From: a virus
Taxonomy: Duplodnaviria > Caudoviricetes
Reading direction: 5' to 3' (one strand)
DNA length: 59,588 nt
IMG/VR virus record: IMGVR_UViG_3300022841_000019
Span: 1 to 59,588 of that record
In this document: piece after piece, positions 10,700 to 22,500 of the stretch
Layout of the letters: every line of letters starts with the position of its first letter
How positions within the stretch are numbered: position 1 is the first letter of the stretch
Position numbers and translations under genes: made by a program
Notes under the pieces: model-generated
What the model was told of the DNA's origin: nothing
The model's database searches: none
What the model saw: the letters and a program-made list of their open reading frames with translations, nothing else

Positions 10700-11905
10700 A
10701 TGTCATTGATAAAAGAAACAAATCAACAGTACTACGAAGGAGCTCAAAAATTTTTAGTACCTGGAGATAGCCCGTATCAAAAATTTACAACTACCTTTAA
10801 TACAGAATTGGTTTTTGGAGGAAGCACTGCTTGGAGCCCAACAGATACAAACTACGCTTTAAATAACTTTAAAATATACTTTGCAGGTGCAGGGGTTTTG
10901 CAATATACTGAATTTATACTTCCTTACTCTGTAAGTGGAAATACAATAACCATAGATGAAGACTTGAACGAAAACGATAGTATTGTTGTCCAGTTAAAAA
11001 AACTAGACGGCGGTAACTATGGTTCAACATATTTTGAAAAAGCTCATGGAGACACGGTTGAAAAAAACTATGGATCGTACGCCTACACTAAATTAAATGA
11101 CATTATAAATAACTTTATAGTAGCATACGTTGGTGTCGGTAAATTAATACCTAGCGTTAAAAGAACTGATGTTATATTCCACGCTAAAAGAGCGATGCAG
11201 GAGTTCAGCTATGATACTTTAAAAAGTGTAAACTCTCAAGAGTTAACTATACCAAGTAATCTAAGCTTAGCTATACCTCAGGATTATGTTAACTATGTAA
11301 ACTTGTATTGGGTAGATACTAGAGGTGTTAAGCATGTCATAATGCCAACTAGGTTGACCAGTAATCCAACGGAAGTGCCATTACAAGCAAATAGCGGCTC
11401 CCCAGTTCAGGATGATTTCGGGGACAACCTCGAAGTGACATCCATAACAGAAGATAGATGGAAAAACAACAACATAAACACAAGTAGCGACTCTTCTTTG
11501 TATTGGGAATCTTATTATGGTTTAGGTAATTCAAGAACTGGTCAACTATATGGTTTAGACCCAGAAAATTCTAATGCCAACGGATCTTACACTATAAACG
11601 AAAGAGAAAACAAGTTTTCGTTCTCATCTGATTTAGTTGACAAAGTAATCATTTTAGAGTACCTTTCTGATGGTTTATCAACAAGCCTAGACACTAGAGT
11701 CCCTAAGCTGGCCGAAGAGGCTATGTACGCTTATATCAGCCATGCTATAATTGCTTCAAGAATAAATCAACCAGAATACGTTGTTAATAGATTAAAGAGA
11801 GAGAAAAGCGCTAAACTTAGAAACGCTAAAATAAGATTATCAAATATCAAAATTAGCGAAATAACTCAGGTTATGCGAGGTAAATCTAAGTGGATAAAAC
11901 ATTAA
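10700..11905 (+). CDS. tail structural protein
   Basis: 401 aa, tail block. Confidence 0.55.
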   Translation: MSLIKETNQQYYEGAQKFLVPGDSPYQKFTTTFNTELVFGGSTAWSPTDTNYALNNFKIYFAGAGVLQYTEFILPYSVSGNTITIDEDLNENDSIVVQLKKLDGGNYGSTYFEKAHGDTVEKNYGSYAYTKLNDIINNFIVAYVGVGKLIPSVKRTDVIFHAKRAMQEFSYDTLKSVNSQELTIPSNLSLAIPQDYVNYVNLYWVDTRGVKHVIMPTRLTSNPTEVPLQANSGSPVQDDFGDNLEVTSITEDRWKNNNINTSSDSSLYWESYYGLGNSRTGQLYGLDPENSNANGSYTINERENKFSFSSDLVDKVIILEYLSDGLSTSLDTRVPKLAEEAMYAYISHAIIASRINQPEYVVNRLKREKSAKLRNAKIRLSNIKISEITQVMRGKSKWIKH

Positions 11906-11911
11906 AATTAA

Positions 11912-14900
11912 ATGGGAGAAGTTAAAAACGCTTTTATAAAGTCTAAAATGAACAAAGACCTTGACGACAGATTGATACCGTCAGGTGAATATAGAAACGC
12001 TATAAATGCTCAGGTCAGTAAATCCGAAGGCTCAGATGTTGGTGCTTTAGAAAATGTACTTGGAAATAAAGAAGTTGCCAACTTAACTAATGGCGTCGCT
12101 AACGTATCTTCTATAGGATATTTTGCCGACGAATTTAGTGGTAATGTTTATATATTTTTAACAGATAACACTAGTAGTTCTTATATTCCAACTGGAACTG
12201 GTTCTAACCACTTTATATTTAGTTACAATATAAATAATAATGTTGTAACAAAGTTAGTTGAAGGAGCTTTTTTAAACTTCAGTAAATTAAACCCAATATT
12301 TGGTGTAAACTTATTAGAAAAATTGTTATTTTGGACAGACAATAGAAATCAACCTAGGAAAATAAATGTACAAAATCCATTAGGTTATTATACTATAGAA
12401 GAGCATATATCTGTTGCTAAATATTATCCATATAGAGCTATTGATTTATATTCAGAAAGCGCTTTAGTTGCTGATGAATATGAATCAACAATGAAAGATG
12501 TTGTTAGTAAAAACTTACCTAATGGTGGTTCTGCCACTTGCTCAAGTGTCATAAGTTCAAGTACGTTTTCAATAAATGATTTTTCTCTTTCTATACAAAT
12601 ATATCCAAATGCACCACAGCAAGGATTTACTATAGGTTATGTTAATAGTAATAGTGAAATAATAGATTTAGAAGAAACTGTAGTGTCTTACAATGTCGCA
12701 ACTCTTGAAGTAACTTTAACTGGCGATGTGACTATACCTTTGGTAGGCACAGCAACTGAATTAGTATTTAACATAAACCCTTATTATGAAAGTGATTACT
12801 CTGGTGATGATACTTTTTTAGAAGATAAATTTGTTAGATTTAGTTATAGATTTAGATTTGATGATGGAGAGTATTCTTTAATAGCTCCATTTACTCAAGT
12901 TTGCTTTATACCAAGGCAAGATGGTTACTTTCTTAATACAACAGAACTAAAAGGCGATGAGAAAGAAACTTTTGAATCTACTATAGTTAAGTTTATGGAA
13001 AATAAAGTAAACAAAATATACTTACAAGTACCATTGCCTTGTCCTGGTGAAGACTTGTTAACTTATTTTCATATTACTGATATAGATATAATATACAAAG
13101 AATCAAATGGGCTAGCTTTACAAGTTGTTGAAACAATACCAGTAGAAGATATAACAATAGCTGAAAATGTTTTTGAGTATGTTTATTCTGCAAAAAAACC
13201 ATATAAGACATTACCATCAAGCGAAATAACTAGAGTTTACGATAAAATACCAGTCAAAGCTTTAGCACAAGAAATAATAAGTAATAGGGTTGTTTACGGT
13301 AATTACCTCAACAAACAAGATCCTCCTAGTTTTTTAAATTACAACGTAGCAGCCACTCAAAAATCTGAATTCAACTTGTTAAATAATTTTACTAGTTCTA
13401 TAGAGTACCCTAGTAGTAGTTTAAAAATGAATAGAAACTATCAAGTTGGCTTTGTTTTAGCTGATAAATTTGGTAGACAATCTACAGTTATACTATCAAA
13501 CAATAAAGATGGTATTAAAATTGAAGGTGTTAATTATTCAGGATCAACATTTTATCAACCATACTTTAATGAAGTAATTGGTAGCGTTGTCGATACTTGG
13601 AGAGGTAGTTCTATAAAAGTATTGTTAAGAGACCCTATAACTGACAATATTTATAACAATAATATAAATTCAGAGTCATATAATCCTTTAGGTTGGTATT
13701 CTTACAAGGTGGTTGTTAAGCAAACAGAACAAGAGTATTATAATGTATATACTGCTGGAGCTTTAAAAGGTGATCCATTTGCCCCTACTCAAGATTTATC
13801 TTTCACGTACTTGTCACTATTAAATGATAATATAAATAAAGTTCCTAGAGACTTATCTGAAGTTGGACCAATGCAGGATCAATTTAGAAGTTCTATAAGA
13901 CTATTTGGTAGAGTTGAAATAACAGAAAGAAGCGCTACTAATATTGGTAACGAGCAATTTTACCCAGGTAAAACATTTTTTACATCTACAGCCATACAAA
14001 ATTTATTTGAATTATTTGGTGTAGATAGAGCAAACCCTCCTGTTGGTGGTTTCGCAGAACTATATATCATGCAAAACGCAGGTTCAAATCCTATAACAAC
14101 ACAACTAACCACTTCTCAAAATATAGATAAACAGTTTGGTATAGTATATGATGGCATGGTTGGCGGAGGACCTATGAGTAATTTGTCTGTTTTTGAAACA
14201 AATCCAGAAACATCTAGATTAGATATTTTTTGGGAAACATCCACTTCTGGCGTTATATCAGAAATCAACACTGCTGTTACAGATGGTGTTAATATAGCTA
14301 GTGGTTTTAGTAGCGTATTCAATGTTTCTGGATTTAACGAGTCTATATCTATAGATGAAGATATTTCTAGTTTTGATTTTACTTTAGTTGACTCAGGGGG
14401 ATTTGATGTGCCAACAGCTAATATAGATAGTTTTGTTTTAACTTCAGTATTTAATACTCAAACTACACCACAAAACGTTTCAAGTTACTTTACTTTATAC
14501 GAAACTGGTGTAAGTGGTTTTTATAATATAAAAGTTAACAGCGACTTTATTGAAAACGTTTATTTTGGAAGTAGTTTAGGTGTTAGAGTTTGGGACTTTA
14601 AATTTACAGCTGTAATAAACGATATTACATCTATTGTAAACAAACGTATAACTTTAAACAATGTAGCTCCGGTAATGGATCCTACAACTAATTTTTCAAT
14701 AAATATATTAAGTTCAGACGTAACTTTAACTACATTGACAGCTTTAAACGGAGCTAATACAGAAAGTCCAAATAAAGGTAGAGATTTAAACTGGACAATA
14801 GTTTCTCAAATTGGAGCAGCTGGAGGTAGTGGTGAATATTTTTATTTAAGTGTAACAGATACAAGCGACTTGTCAACATGTAGATTAAGGAATAATTTAG

Positions 14901-15340
14901 TAGATACTTTACCAGCAGATAATTATGAAGTGGTTTTAAGAGTTCAGGACGCTGGTGGCGCTTTTGATGAAATTACTATAACTGTCAGTAATTCAGTTGA
15001 AGTTCTTTCTGTTAAAGAATATAATTTAACAGTAGATTTTGAAAGCTATTTATTTACAATAGTAGAAGCAAATTATCCAACAGATTTAGATAAACAAGGA
15101 TTTTACGTTTGGTTAGATACCTGGAGTGATCTCGTGATCAATAATGGCGGCTTTACAATTCTTCTAGATTATACTAGTAGTGCTAAAATTGGTTGCCCTA
15201 CCTTTCCAAACAAATGGATTTTTAAACATTCAGAAAACACAGCTATTAATCAAGCGATAGAATGTGTATATGGTTTTACGTTTGAATTACCTACTGTTAC
15301 AAATATTGATTTCTCTGGATACGGCTTTGAAATAGTGTAA
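11912..15340 (+). CDS. tail stabilization/nozzle-like protein with C-terminal Ig/cadherin-like extension
   Basis: N-terminal MNKDLDDRL..GEYR.A.N, LFWTDNRNQPRKIN and RFSYRF motifs like crAss-type stabilization proteins; beta-rich C-terminus. Confidence 0.6.
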   Translation: MGEVKNAFIKSKMNKDLDDRLIPSGEYRNAINAQVSKSEGSDVGALENVLGNKEVANLTNGVANVSSIGYFADEFSGNVYIFLTDNTSSSYIPTGTGSNHFIFSYNINNNVVTKLVEGAFLNFSKLNPIFGVNLLEKLLFWTDNRNQPRKINVQNPLGYYTIEEHISVAKYYPYRAIDLYSESALVADEYESTMKDVVSKNLPNGGSATCSSVISSSTFSINDFSLSIQIYPNAPQQGFTIGYVNSNSEIIDLEETVVSYNVATLEVTLTGDVTIPLVGTATELVFNINPYYESDYSGDDTFLEDKFVRFSYRFRFDDGEYSLIAPFTQVCFIPRQDGYFLNTTELKGDEKETFESTIVKFMENKVNKIYLQVPLPCPGEDLLTYFHITDIDIIYKESNGLALQVVETIPVEDITIAENVFEYVYSAKKPYKTLPSSEITRVYDKIPVKALAQEIISNRVVYGNYLNKQDPPSFLNYNVAATQKSEFNLLNNFTSSIEYPSSSLKMNRNYQVGFVLADKFGRQSTVILSNNKDGIKIEGVNYSGSTFYQPYFNEVIGSVVDTWRGSSIKVLLRDPITDNIYNNNINSESYNPLGWYSYKVVVKQTEQEYYNVYTAGALKGDPFAPTQDLSFTYLSLLNDNINKVPRDLSEVGPMQDQFRSSIRLFGRVEITERSATNIGNEQFYPGKTFFTSTAIQNLFELFGVDRANPPVGGFAELYIMQNAGSNPITTQLTTSQNIDKQFGIVYDGMVGGGPMSNLSVFETNPETSRLDIFWETSTSGVISEINTAVTDGVNIASGFSSVFNVSGFNESISIDEDISSFDFTLVDSGGFDVPTANIDSFVLTSVFNTQTTPQNVSSYFTLYETGVSGFYNIKVNSDFIENVYFGSSLGVRVWDFKFTAVINDITSIVNKRITLNNVAPVMDPTTNFSINILSSDVTLTTLTALNGANTESPNKGRDLNWTIVSQIGAAGGSGEYFYLSVTDTSDLSTCRLRNNLVDTLPADNYEVVLRVQDAGGAFDEITITVSNSVEVLSVKEYNLTVDFESYLFTIVEANYPTDLDKQGFYVWLDTWSDLVINNGGFTILLDYTSSAKIGCPTFPNKWIFKHSENTAINQAIECVYGFTFELPTVTNIDFSGYGFEIV

Positions 15341-15367
15341 TAAAATACAAAAATAAGTGATAATTAT

Positions 15368-16813
15368 ATGGGAGCAGTTATAGAAGTAAAATATTTTAAT
15401 ACTTTTTTACTAAGAAAAACAAATACGGTTATAGAAGAAACAGATCAAGCTCCCGCTTGGAATGGTTCTTTTGGCGTGCCTCCTACTTTAGGTGGTTATC
15501 CTCAAATAGATCCAGTTTCAACAACAGGTAATAATTGGATTATAGAAGAGTCTAGAATAAGAGGTGGTTTTAATAACACTAACGTTGATTATGGTGTTAG
15601 AGCGTATTTAGTTGATGAAGAAGCAAAGGGATCAGTTAGAGGTAATTCTTTAATATACTCTGGAATATTCAATTCAAGAACTGGTATTAACAATACAAAT
15701 GTGTTTTCAGTAGCTGAAGAAATAACTAAGTCAGCAGATCCAGCTAACGGTACTATTCAAAAACTATATGCTGAAGACACTAATTTAATAATATTTCAAG
15801 AAGCTAAAGTATCTAGAGCTTTAATAGATAAAGACGCTATATACACAGCTGAAGGCGGTGGTAGTATTACAAACGTAAACACGACTATAGGAACAATACA
15901 ACCTTATGGTGGAAATTTTGGTATAAGTAGAGACCCAGGAAGTTTTGCTACTTACGGTTATAGAAAATACTTTACAGATAAAAATAGAAACGCTGTTTTA
16001 AGGTTATCTATGGACGGTTTGACAGAAATATCAAACTACGGTATGAGTGATTACTTTAGAGATGAATTTGCTAATATGGATATAAACTCGGCTCCTGGTA
16101 TTATAACTGCTGGCTGGGATATATACAATAAGCAATATGTTTTATCAACACAGCAAAACCCTATATTTTCAAACCCAACCTACAATACTTTATCTTTCGA
16201 TGAAAGCGTTTTAGGTTTTACTAGTTTCTTTACGTATAAGCCTGACCAATTATTTAGTTTGAGGAATGGTTTTTATAGTTTAAAAAATGGTAAAATTTGG
16301 AAACATTATCAAGAAACAAATAACGAATCGCTACCAATAAAAAGAGGTAGTTTCTATGGGAATAATGATTACGACTCTACAAAAACATCAATAACTTTTA
16401 TATTCAATCCTAGTGTTAGTTTGTCTAAGGTATTTAAAACAATAAATTACGAAGGTAGTAATGGTTGGAAAGTTGACAGTTTTGAATCAGATCCTACAGG
16501 TAAAACATTGCAAGGTGGAAATTACATATTTACAAGTGATAAAGCAAACCCTATATACAGTTACAGTGAAGGTGTTTATGTAGATGGTGGTGTAACTTAC
16601 AGAGTTGGTTTTGATAGAAAAGAAAATAAGTATCACGCGGTTATAGTAAACAACAGTATACCTACAGGGGGAGAAATTTTATGGGGCAATAGTATGTCAG
16701 GTATAAAAGGCTACTTTGCTACAGTTACATTATCAACAGATCAAACTACTAATTTAGGAGGTTTAAAAGAACTATTTGCGGTTTCATCTAACTACATTGA
16801 ATCATCATATTAA
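15368..16813 (+). CDS. tail stabilization protein, second part
   Basis: YGGNFGISRDPGSFA..YFTD, SKVFKTINYEG motifs; beta-propeller-like composition. Confidence 0.55.
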   Translation: MGAVIEVKYFNTFLLRKTNTVIEETDQAPAWNGSFGVPPTLGGYPQIDPVSTTGNNWIIEESRIRGGFNNTNVDYGVRAYLVDEEAKGSVRGNSLIYSGIFNSRTGINNTNVFSVAEEITKSADPANGTIQKLYAEDTNLIIFQEAKVSRALIDKDAIYTAEGGGSITNVNTTIGTIQPYGGNFGISRDPGSFATYGYRKYFTDKNRNAVLRLSMDGLTEISNYGMSDYFRDEFANMDINSAPGIITAGWDIYNKQYVLSTQQNPIFSNPTYNTLSFDESVLGFTSFFTYKPDQLFSLRNGFYSLKNGKIWKHYQETNNESLPIKRGSFYGNNDYDSTKTSITFIFNPSVSLSKVFKTINYEGSNGWKVDSFESDPTGKTLQGGNYIFTSDKANPIYSYSEGVYVDGGVTYRVGFDRKENKYHAVIVNNSIPTGGEILWGNSMSGIKGYFATVTLSTDQTTNLGGLKELFAVSSNYIESSY

Positions 16814-16815
16814 AT

Positions 16816-17292
16816 ATGAGCAATAAACTAGAAACAATAAAGTATAACAAATTAGCTAGAGCAGAAGATTTTAGAAACAAAATAACAAGCTTAGAGAATA
16901 CTATGCTTTTATCCAGTGACAAAAACATCGTAAAAGGTAACTCAGAATCATTCCCTTTAACTCATTCGTTTTCAGAGGGGGTTTATATTAGAGAAATGTC
17001 GATGCTTAAAGACGGTGTTGTTATAGGTAAGATACATAATAAAAGCCATACTTGGTTTTTAATGAAGGGTAAAATAAAAGTAGCAACAGAAGAAGAGGTA
17101 GTAACGTACTCTGCTCCTACGTACGTAAACGCTAAAGCCGGCGCTAAAAGGATTATAATAGCTATGGAAGATTCCGTTTTCGTTAACGTGCATCCAAACC
17201 CTGGCAATATAACGGACATTAAAAAATTAGAGGATATGCTCACTTGCAAAAGCTACGAAGCGTATGAGCAGTATAAATTAAAAAAAATATAG
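16816..17292 (+). CDS. cupin-fold protein
   Basis: H.F..GVYIRE...GKIH...H..FLMKG...AP..V...G.KR cupin-like pattern. Confidence 0.55.
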   Translation: MSNKLETIKYNKLARAEDFRNKITSLENTMLLSSDKNIVKGNSESFPLTHSFSEGVYIREMSMLKDGVVIGKIHNKSHTWFLMKGKIKVATEEEVVTYSAPTYVNAKAGAKRIIIAMEDSVFVNVHPNPGNITDIKKLEDMLTCKSYEAYEQYKLKKI

Positions 17293-17295
17293 ATT

Positions 17296-18039
17296 ATGAG
17301 CATGGTAACCGCAGGTCTGATAACAGGTGGCTTAAATATTGTTAGTGGGCTTTTCGGAGCTGCTAGCGCTAACAGAAGAGCAAAAGCTGCTGCAAACGAA
17401 AAAAGAGATTTAGTTAAAAAACTAGAATCACTTGAAAACAGTAGGCAAGAGATAATAAATCCATACTCTAATGTAAGCGACACTTCCTCTATGATTACAA
17501 ACCCTTTTGCTAATTTGGGAGTAGCTACTCAAGCAGCAGAAATGCAAGCTGAAGAAGCTGATATAGCCTTAGCTAACACGTTAGACGCTATTAGATCTAC
17601 AGGGGCAAGCGCTGGTGGAGCAACAGCTTTAGCTCAAGCGGCTTTGCAATCAAAGAAAGGTATTTCAGCAAGTATAGAAATGCAAGAAGCTCAAAACGAA
17701 AAACTAAGAGCACAAGGACAACAAGCTTTAGAACAAGTGAAAATGGGTGAAGCTATTAGACTACAACAAGCAGATGTAGCTGGTCAACAGTTTCAATTTG
17801 GAGTTAGAGAAAATAGACAAGTGGAACAGCTAGACAGGGTATCGTCTCAAATAGCAGGGTCAGAAGCTAGACAAACACAAGCTCAGTCAGATGTAACAGG
17901 AGCAATAACCGGAGCTATAGGAGGTGTGACCAGCGTTGTTGGGAACATGTACTCAGCAGGAGCTTTTAGTTCTAACACCCAAAGACCAGTTGCTAGAACA
18001 TTAGGATTAAATGCACTTGGTGTACAAAACGTAATATAA
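17296..18039 (+). CDS. putative ejection (internal virion) protein
   Basis: A/Q/G-rich helical protein with hydrophobic glycine-rich termini, placed before the giant protein. Confidence 0.55.
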   Translation: MSMVTAGLITGGLNIVSGLFGAASANRRAKAAANEKRDLVKKLESLENSRQEIINPYSNVSDTSSMITNPFANLGVATQAAEMQAEEADIALANTLDAIRSTGASAGGATALAQAALQSKKGISASIEMQEAQNEKLRAQGQQALEQVKMGEAIRLQQADVAGQQFQFGVRENRQVEQLDRVSSQIAGSEARQTQAQSDVTGAITGAIGGVTSVVGNMYSAGAFSSNTQRPVARTLGLNALGVQNVI

Positions 18040-18046
18040 TTATAAA

Positions 18047-19516
18047 ATGAGTTATAGAAATCCACAACAAGTAGTAGATACACAATCTGCTCAACATATA
18101 GCTAACCTACAACAGACTGTTTCTGGTGCATTTTCTAATGTGGCTAGTAGATATGCTGAGGAAAATAAAAATAAACAAAAGCAGTTTAAAGAAAGACAGC
18201 TTAAGAACGAACAAATAATAAAGAATAGTCAATCTGAAGAAGATTCAATAAGGTATAATTATCAAAAGTATAGAGCTGACAATCCAGCTTTAAATTTACC
18301 CGAAGTTTTACCTGCTTTTATCGATGAATATAGTGATATAAAAAACTCACTAGATTTAGGTACAATTACAGATCCTAAAGAGCAGTCTAGATTGAGAGAT
18401 AGGTTAGCTAAACTAAGGACTTTACCAGAACAAATTGTTAATGGTATAAAAGCTTTTTCTGAATTTGAGTTAACACGTAAGGATGCTTTTGGTAAATTAA
18501 ATAAACAAGGAGGTATTGATGTTACTTTAACTGATCCGAAACTACTTGAAGATGTTAATATATTTATGAATAACTCTCCTGGAACAAGAAAAATAGATAT
18601 AAGTGAGGATTATAATGGTAACATAAATGTAGACTACTTAATACATTCAACTGATGAAAAAGGAAATTCTATTGGAGAAGCTAGAAGATACCCGCAAGCG
18701 TATCTTAAAGATCTAATAGCAGGAAAAGTAGAAGGAGCTATAGTTACAGTGCCAGACAAAACAAAATCTTTAGAAAGCGCCAACGAGATGCTTATGACTA
18801 AAGAACCAATTACAGATAAAAAAATATACAAAAAAGACTTTTTAACTAGAAAAACAGTAGATAGAGGAGCATATGTAGAGTTGGTTGAGGTTATTGATAT
18901 CAATAAAGTTAAAGAGCAAGTTTACACTTCTTTAAATTCTGATATACAATCAATGAAACCAATTGAGCTGGCATCGTATTATAATAATATATTAAACCCT
19001 AATGGAGAAAAAATTAGCACAGATGACTTTATAGATAAAGAAAAAGGTGATAAACTAAAAAAAGATATAGCGGCTTTATATGTTGACGAGTACGTTAAGA
19101 GATTTAATGGATACGAGGTGTCTATAAGTAAAACAACTAAAGAAAAGCAAACAACTGAAAAAATAGACAAAGATTTTGTTGCTAAAGATCAAGTGAAAGA
19201 AGACGCAATTGCCACTTATGAAGAATACAAAAAAGACCCAGTAGGCACCTATGAGTTTTTAACTGGAGTAACTCCTAAATATAACAGAGGTAAAAATGTT
19301 ATAACAATAGATGTACCTGGTGAAACAGAAGAGGAAAACGAAGAGATTAGATATGACATGAATATAGCTTCGCAAAGGAATAGATTTTATAAAAAGCTAC
19401 TAGATTACACTAGCAACGCTAAAGGAACCTCAGAATACGCTAGATCTTTTAGAAGTAACTTTGAGGCAACTTTAAAGAAAGGTACTTCAAAAAAACTAGG
19501 TGATGATTTTCAATAA
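18047..19516 (+). CDS. putative internal virion protein
   Basis: 489 aa charged helical protein in the ejectosome position. Confidence 0.5.
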   Translation: MSYRNPQQVVDTQSAQHIANLQQTVSGAFSNVASRYAEENKNKQKQFKERQLKNEQIIKNSQSEEDSIRYNYQKYRADNPALNLPEVLPAFIDEYSDIKNSLDLGTITDPKEQSRLRDRLAKLRTLPEQIVNGIKAFSEFELTRKDAFGKLNKQGGIDVTLTDPKLLEDVNIFMNNSPGTRKIDISEDYNGNINVDYLIHSTDEKGNSIGEARRYPQAYLKDLIAGKVEGAIVTVPDKTKSLESANEMLMTKEPITDKKIYKKDFLTRKTVDRGAYVELVEVIDINKVKEQVYTSLNSDIQSMKPIELASYYNNILNPNGEKISTDDFIDKEKGDKLKKDIAALYVDEYVKRFNGYEVSISKTTKEKQTTEKIDKDFVAKDQVKEDAIATYEEYKKDPVGTYEFLTGVTPKYNRGKNVITIDVPGETEEENEEIRYDMNIASQRNRFYKKLLDYTSNAKGTSEYARSFRSNFEATLKKGTSKKLGDDFQ

Positions 19517-19565
19517 TTACACGCCGCTGTAAACCCAGATAAACAACTTAAACATATTTATTATA

Positions 19566-22500
19566 ATGTTCGAATTTAACGGAAAACAATACTCACTAGA
19601 TCAACTACAAGCTATAGCTAATGAAAAAGGTTATACGTTTGAAGAATTACTTTCAAAAAACCCTACTATAAAAGAAATAAAACAAGAATCACCAGTTGGT
19701 GGTTTTTTTGGTGAAGAAGTAAAGACAAACGCTGTTGTGGGACCGGTTGCAAATGCAACAGCGAAACAAGGAGTAGCAACAGATACGGTTTTAGGTTCGG
19801 GAAACACTTCTTCGGCATTACAAGATTCTGATACTGAACTTAAAAAACCAACTTTAGATCAATTTGAGAAAATGTCTCTTGATCAAAAAAGAAAATTAAA
19901 TTTCAGTGATAGACAAAGATTAACAGCCGAAAGAGATTTAAAAGCTAAAAACAGCAGGCAGTTAGATAAAACCAAAGAAGCTTCAGTAAAAAAAATAAGC
20001 ACTGATCAAGCTTTGTTTAATTTTGAACAAAGAACTGGTCAAAAGGCTAGCTCTATAATGGACTTAACAGATAGCGATTACGGTGCTCCGCCTCAGTTGC
20101 AGAAATTTAAACCAGTAGATAAATTAGAAACATATAAAAGAAATAGAAATAGATTAAACGAGCTTCAACTAGAAAAAGATAAGTTAAGAAAAAAAGCTGA
20201 AGTTACTTCTTACGAGACTATGGATCCAATGGAAAGCGTAAATTACGTTAAGAAAACCATGAAAGATTTTGATGAAACCGTAGCCAACGAGGTAAAAGTA
20301 ATGAATCTTAATCCTGACTTTAAACTAAGAAACGATGCTATTATTCAGTTATCTAGAAACTCAAATAACAATAGAGCGACTGGCGACGTTGCTTCTGACC
20401 TATCTAGTGAGGCTGGTGTTTTGAATTTATTCAAAGGAAAAAGTTACTATAAGAACCTAGAGTCAACAGAGACAATAAAATTAAACGACGAGGTTGAAGA
20501 TGCAGTAATTAATAATTTAGACGAAAGGTCTTTACAGAAACTAGCAGGCGGTTTTTACACTTTACAAGAAAAAGAAAACTTGATTAATAACGTAAAAATA
20601 CCTTTAATTAAAGAAAAAGAAAAAGAGATTTCTACTGCAGTTGAAAAACTAACTATAGAAACTGAGAGTAAAATGTATAATTATTCTAAAGAAATAAATA
20701 ACATAAATGCATTAATAAAAGACGTAGTAAGTGGTAAACAAAAAGACGAGCAGGGTAGGTATATTTTAAACGAAGAAGACTCTAGCGCCTATAATATTTT
20801 AGTTAGTAAATACGAAAACACAAATAGCAAGATAAGGTCCACTGCAGAAAACTATGATTACTTCAAGAAAGACGCTGCTAACAAATTTAATTCATATCAA
20901 GGTGAACTAGGTGTTGACCTAGCTAAGCAGACTATGAATAACAACTTTAAACTAAGTAGCGACGCTGATAGTTTTAGAGAAAAATACGCAGGTGATGGTT
21001 TTTGGAACGCTACGAAAGACATAGTTGGTGGTGATTTAGTACAAGGCTTGTATCAAACTGTTAAAAAAGCAACAGTAGGGTCAGGTTCTTGGGTTTTATC
21101 TAGTTTCGGTGATATGTTTCAAGACCAAGATAATTACTCTAGTTTTGACGCTTTTAGAGACATTGTTGGTAACTGGACAAACAACACTATGGTACCTCAA
21201 TCAACTGATGAAAAATTTAGTATAACAAAAGAAGAAGGTGGTTTTAAAGGTTTTGAAGCCAGAAACTACGCTAAACTAGGTGTTAGTATGGTTCCTTTTA
21301 CTGGTTATCTAATATCTGAAGTTAGAAAAGGTAATTACACTGGTTTAAAAGACGCTTTAGGTAAAACATATATAAATCTAGGAGCTAAAGGAAAAGTGCT
21401 TCCACAGGCTTCACAAAAACTTAAAGATAATATAATAATGGTTGATGCTACTTTCAGGGCCACCATAATAGATAATCAAAAACAAGCAGAACTACTAGGT
21501 TTAAACGGGTTGCAAGCTACGGCTTACGCTACAGCTATATCAAGCACTGAGGCTTTAGTACAAAGTATAATGCCAGATGCTCAATTTCTAAAAGGAGTTG
21601 GAGGTAAAACAATAAAAGAAGCTTTTGCTGGCACGTTAAAAACCGCCGCAAACAAAGAAGGCGTTAAGTCTGCTGTTAAAGAATTTAGTACTGGAATTTT
21701 AAAAGAATACGCGGAAGAAGAGATAACTTTGGGTGCTAACATTCTTACAGACGCTTCTTTTGGTTTAGCACTACCTAAAGCTAGTGAGTTTTTAAATCAA
21801 CAAATAGAATTGACAATGGGTACTTTAATGCTTAGTGGTTCTATGGGTACGGTTGGAGCAAAAAATACGTTTAGTAACCAAAAAAAATTAATATACAATC
21901 AAATATCAGAAAACATAAATGGTCTAGAACTTCACTTGATGACCATGTACAAATACACGAAAGACAGCGAATCTAAAGAAAAGATAAACGACGCTATAGT
22001 GTTTTCTAGAGATATTAAAAAAGCTATAGAATCTTCTCCAGAAAACGTTACATCTGAACAGATAGACTTGTTAGTTGAAAAAAGCAAATTAATACAAGAA
22101 AAAGAAAAAACAGATCCAGCTTTTTATAGCGAAATTGATGAAAAAATAAATAAAATAGATAAAGACATAAAGCAGGGAGGTGTAAAAAGAGATATTTTAT
22201 CTAAAATAGAAAAAGACATTGAAAACGTACAAAAAAATGCCGCTAAAATTGGTGTTAATATAGGTGAAGTTATAGCGCTTGAAGATGATGTTAATGAAAG
22301 CTCTGCTGATAAAATGAAAAAAATACTCTTAGACTCTGGTTTAAGCGAAGAACGATCTGAAGAAAGTAAAGGCAACCTAGGTGTTTTTATTACTAACAAA
22401 GAAGGTAAGGAGATTTTAGTTATAAATAAAACCGTTGCTATAAAAGAAAGCGTTGTTACAACAGGTCAACACGAGTTTTTACATAAATTACTAAGATATA

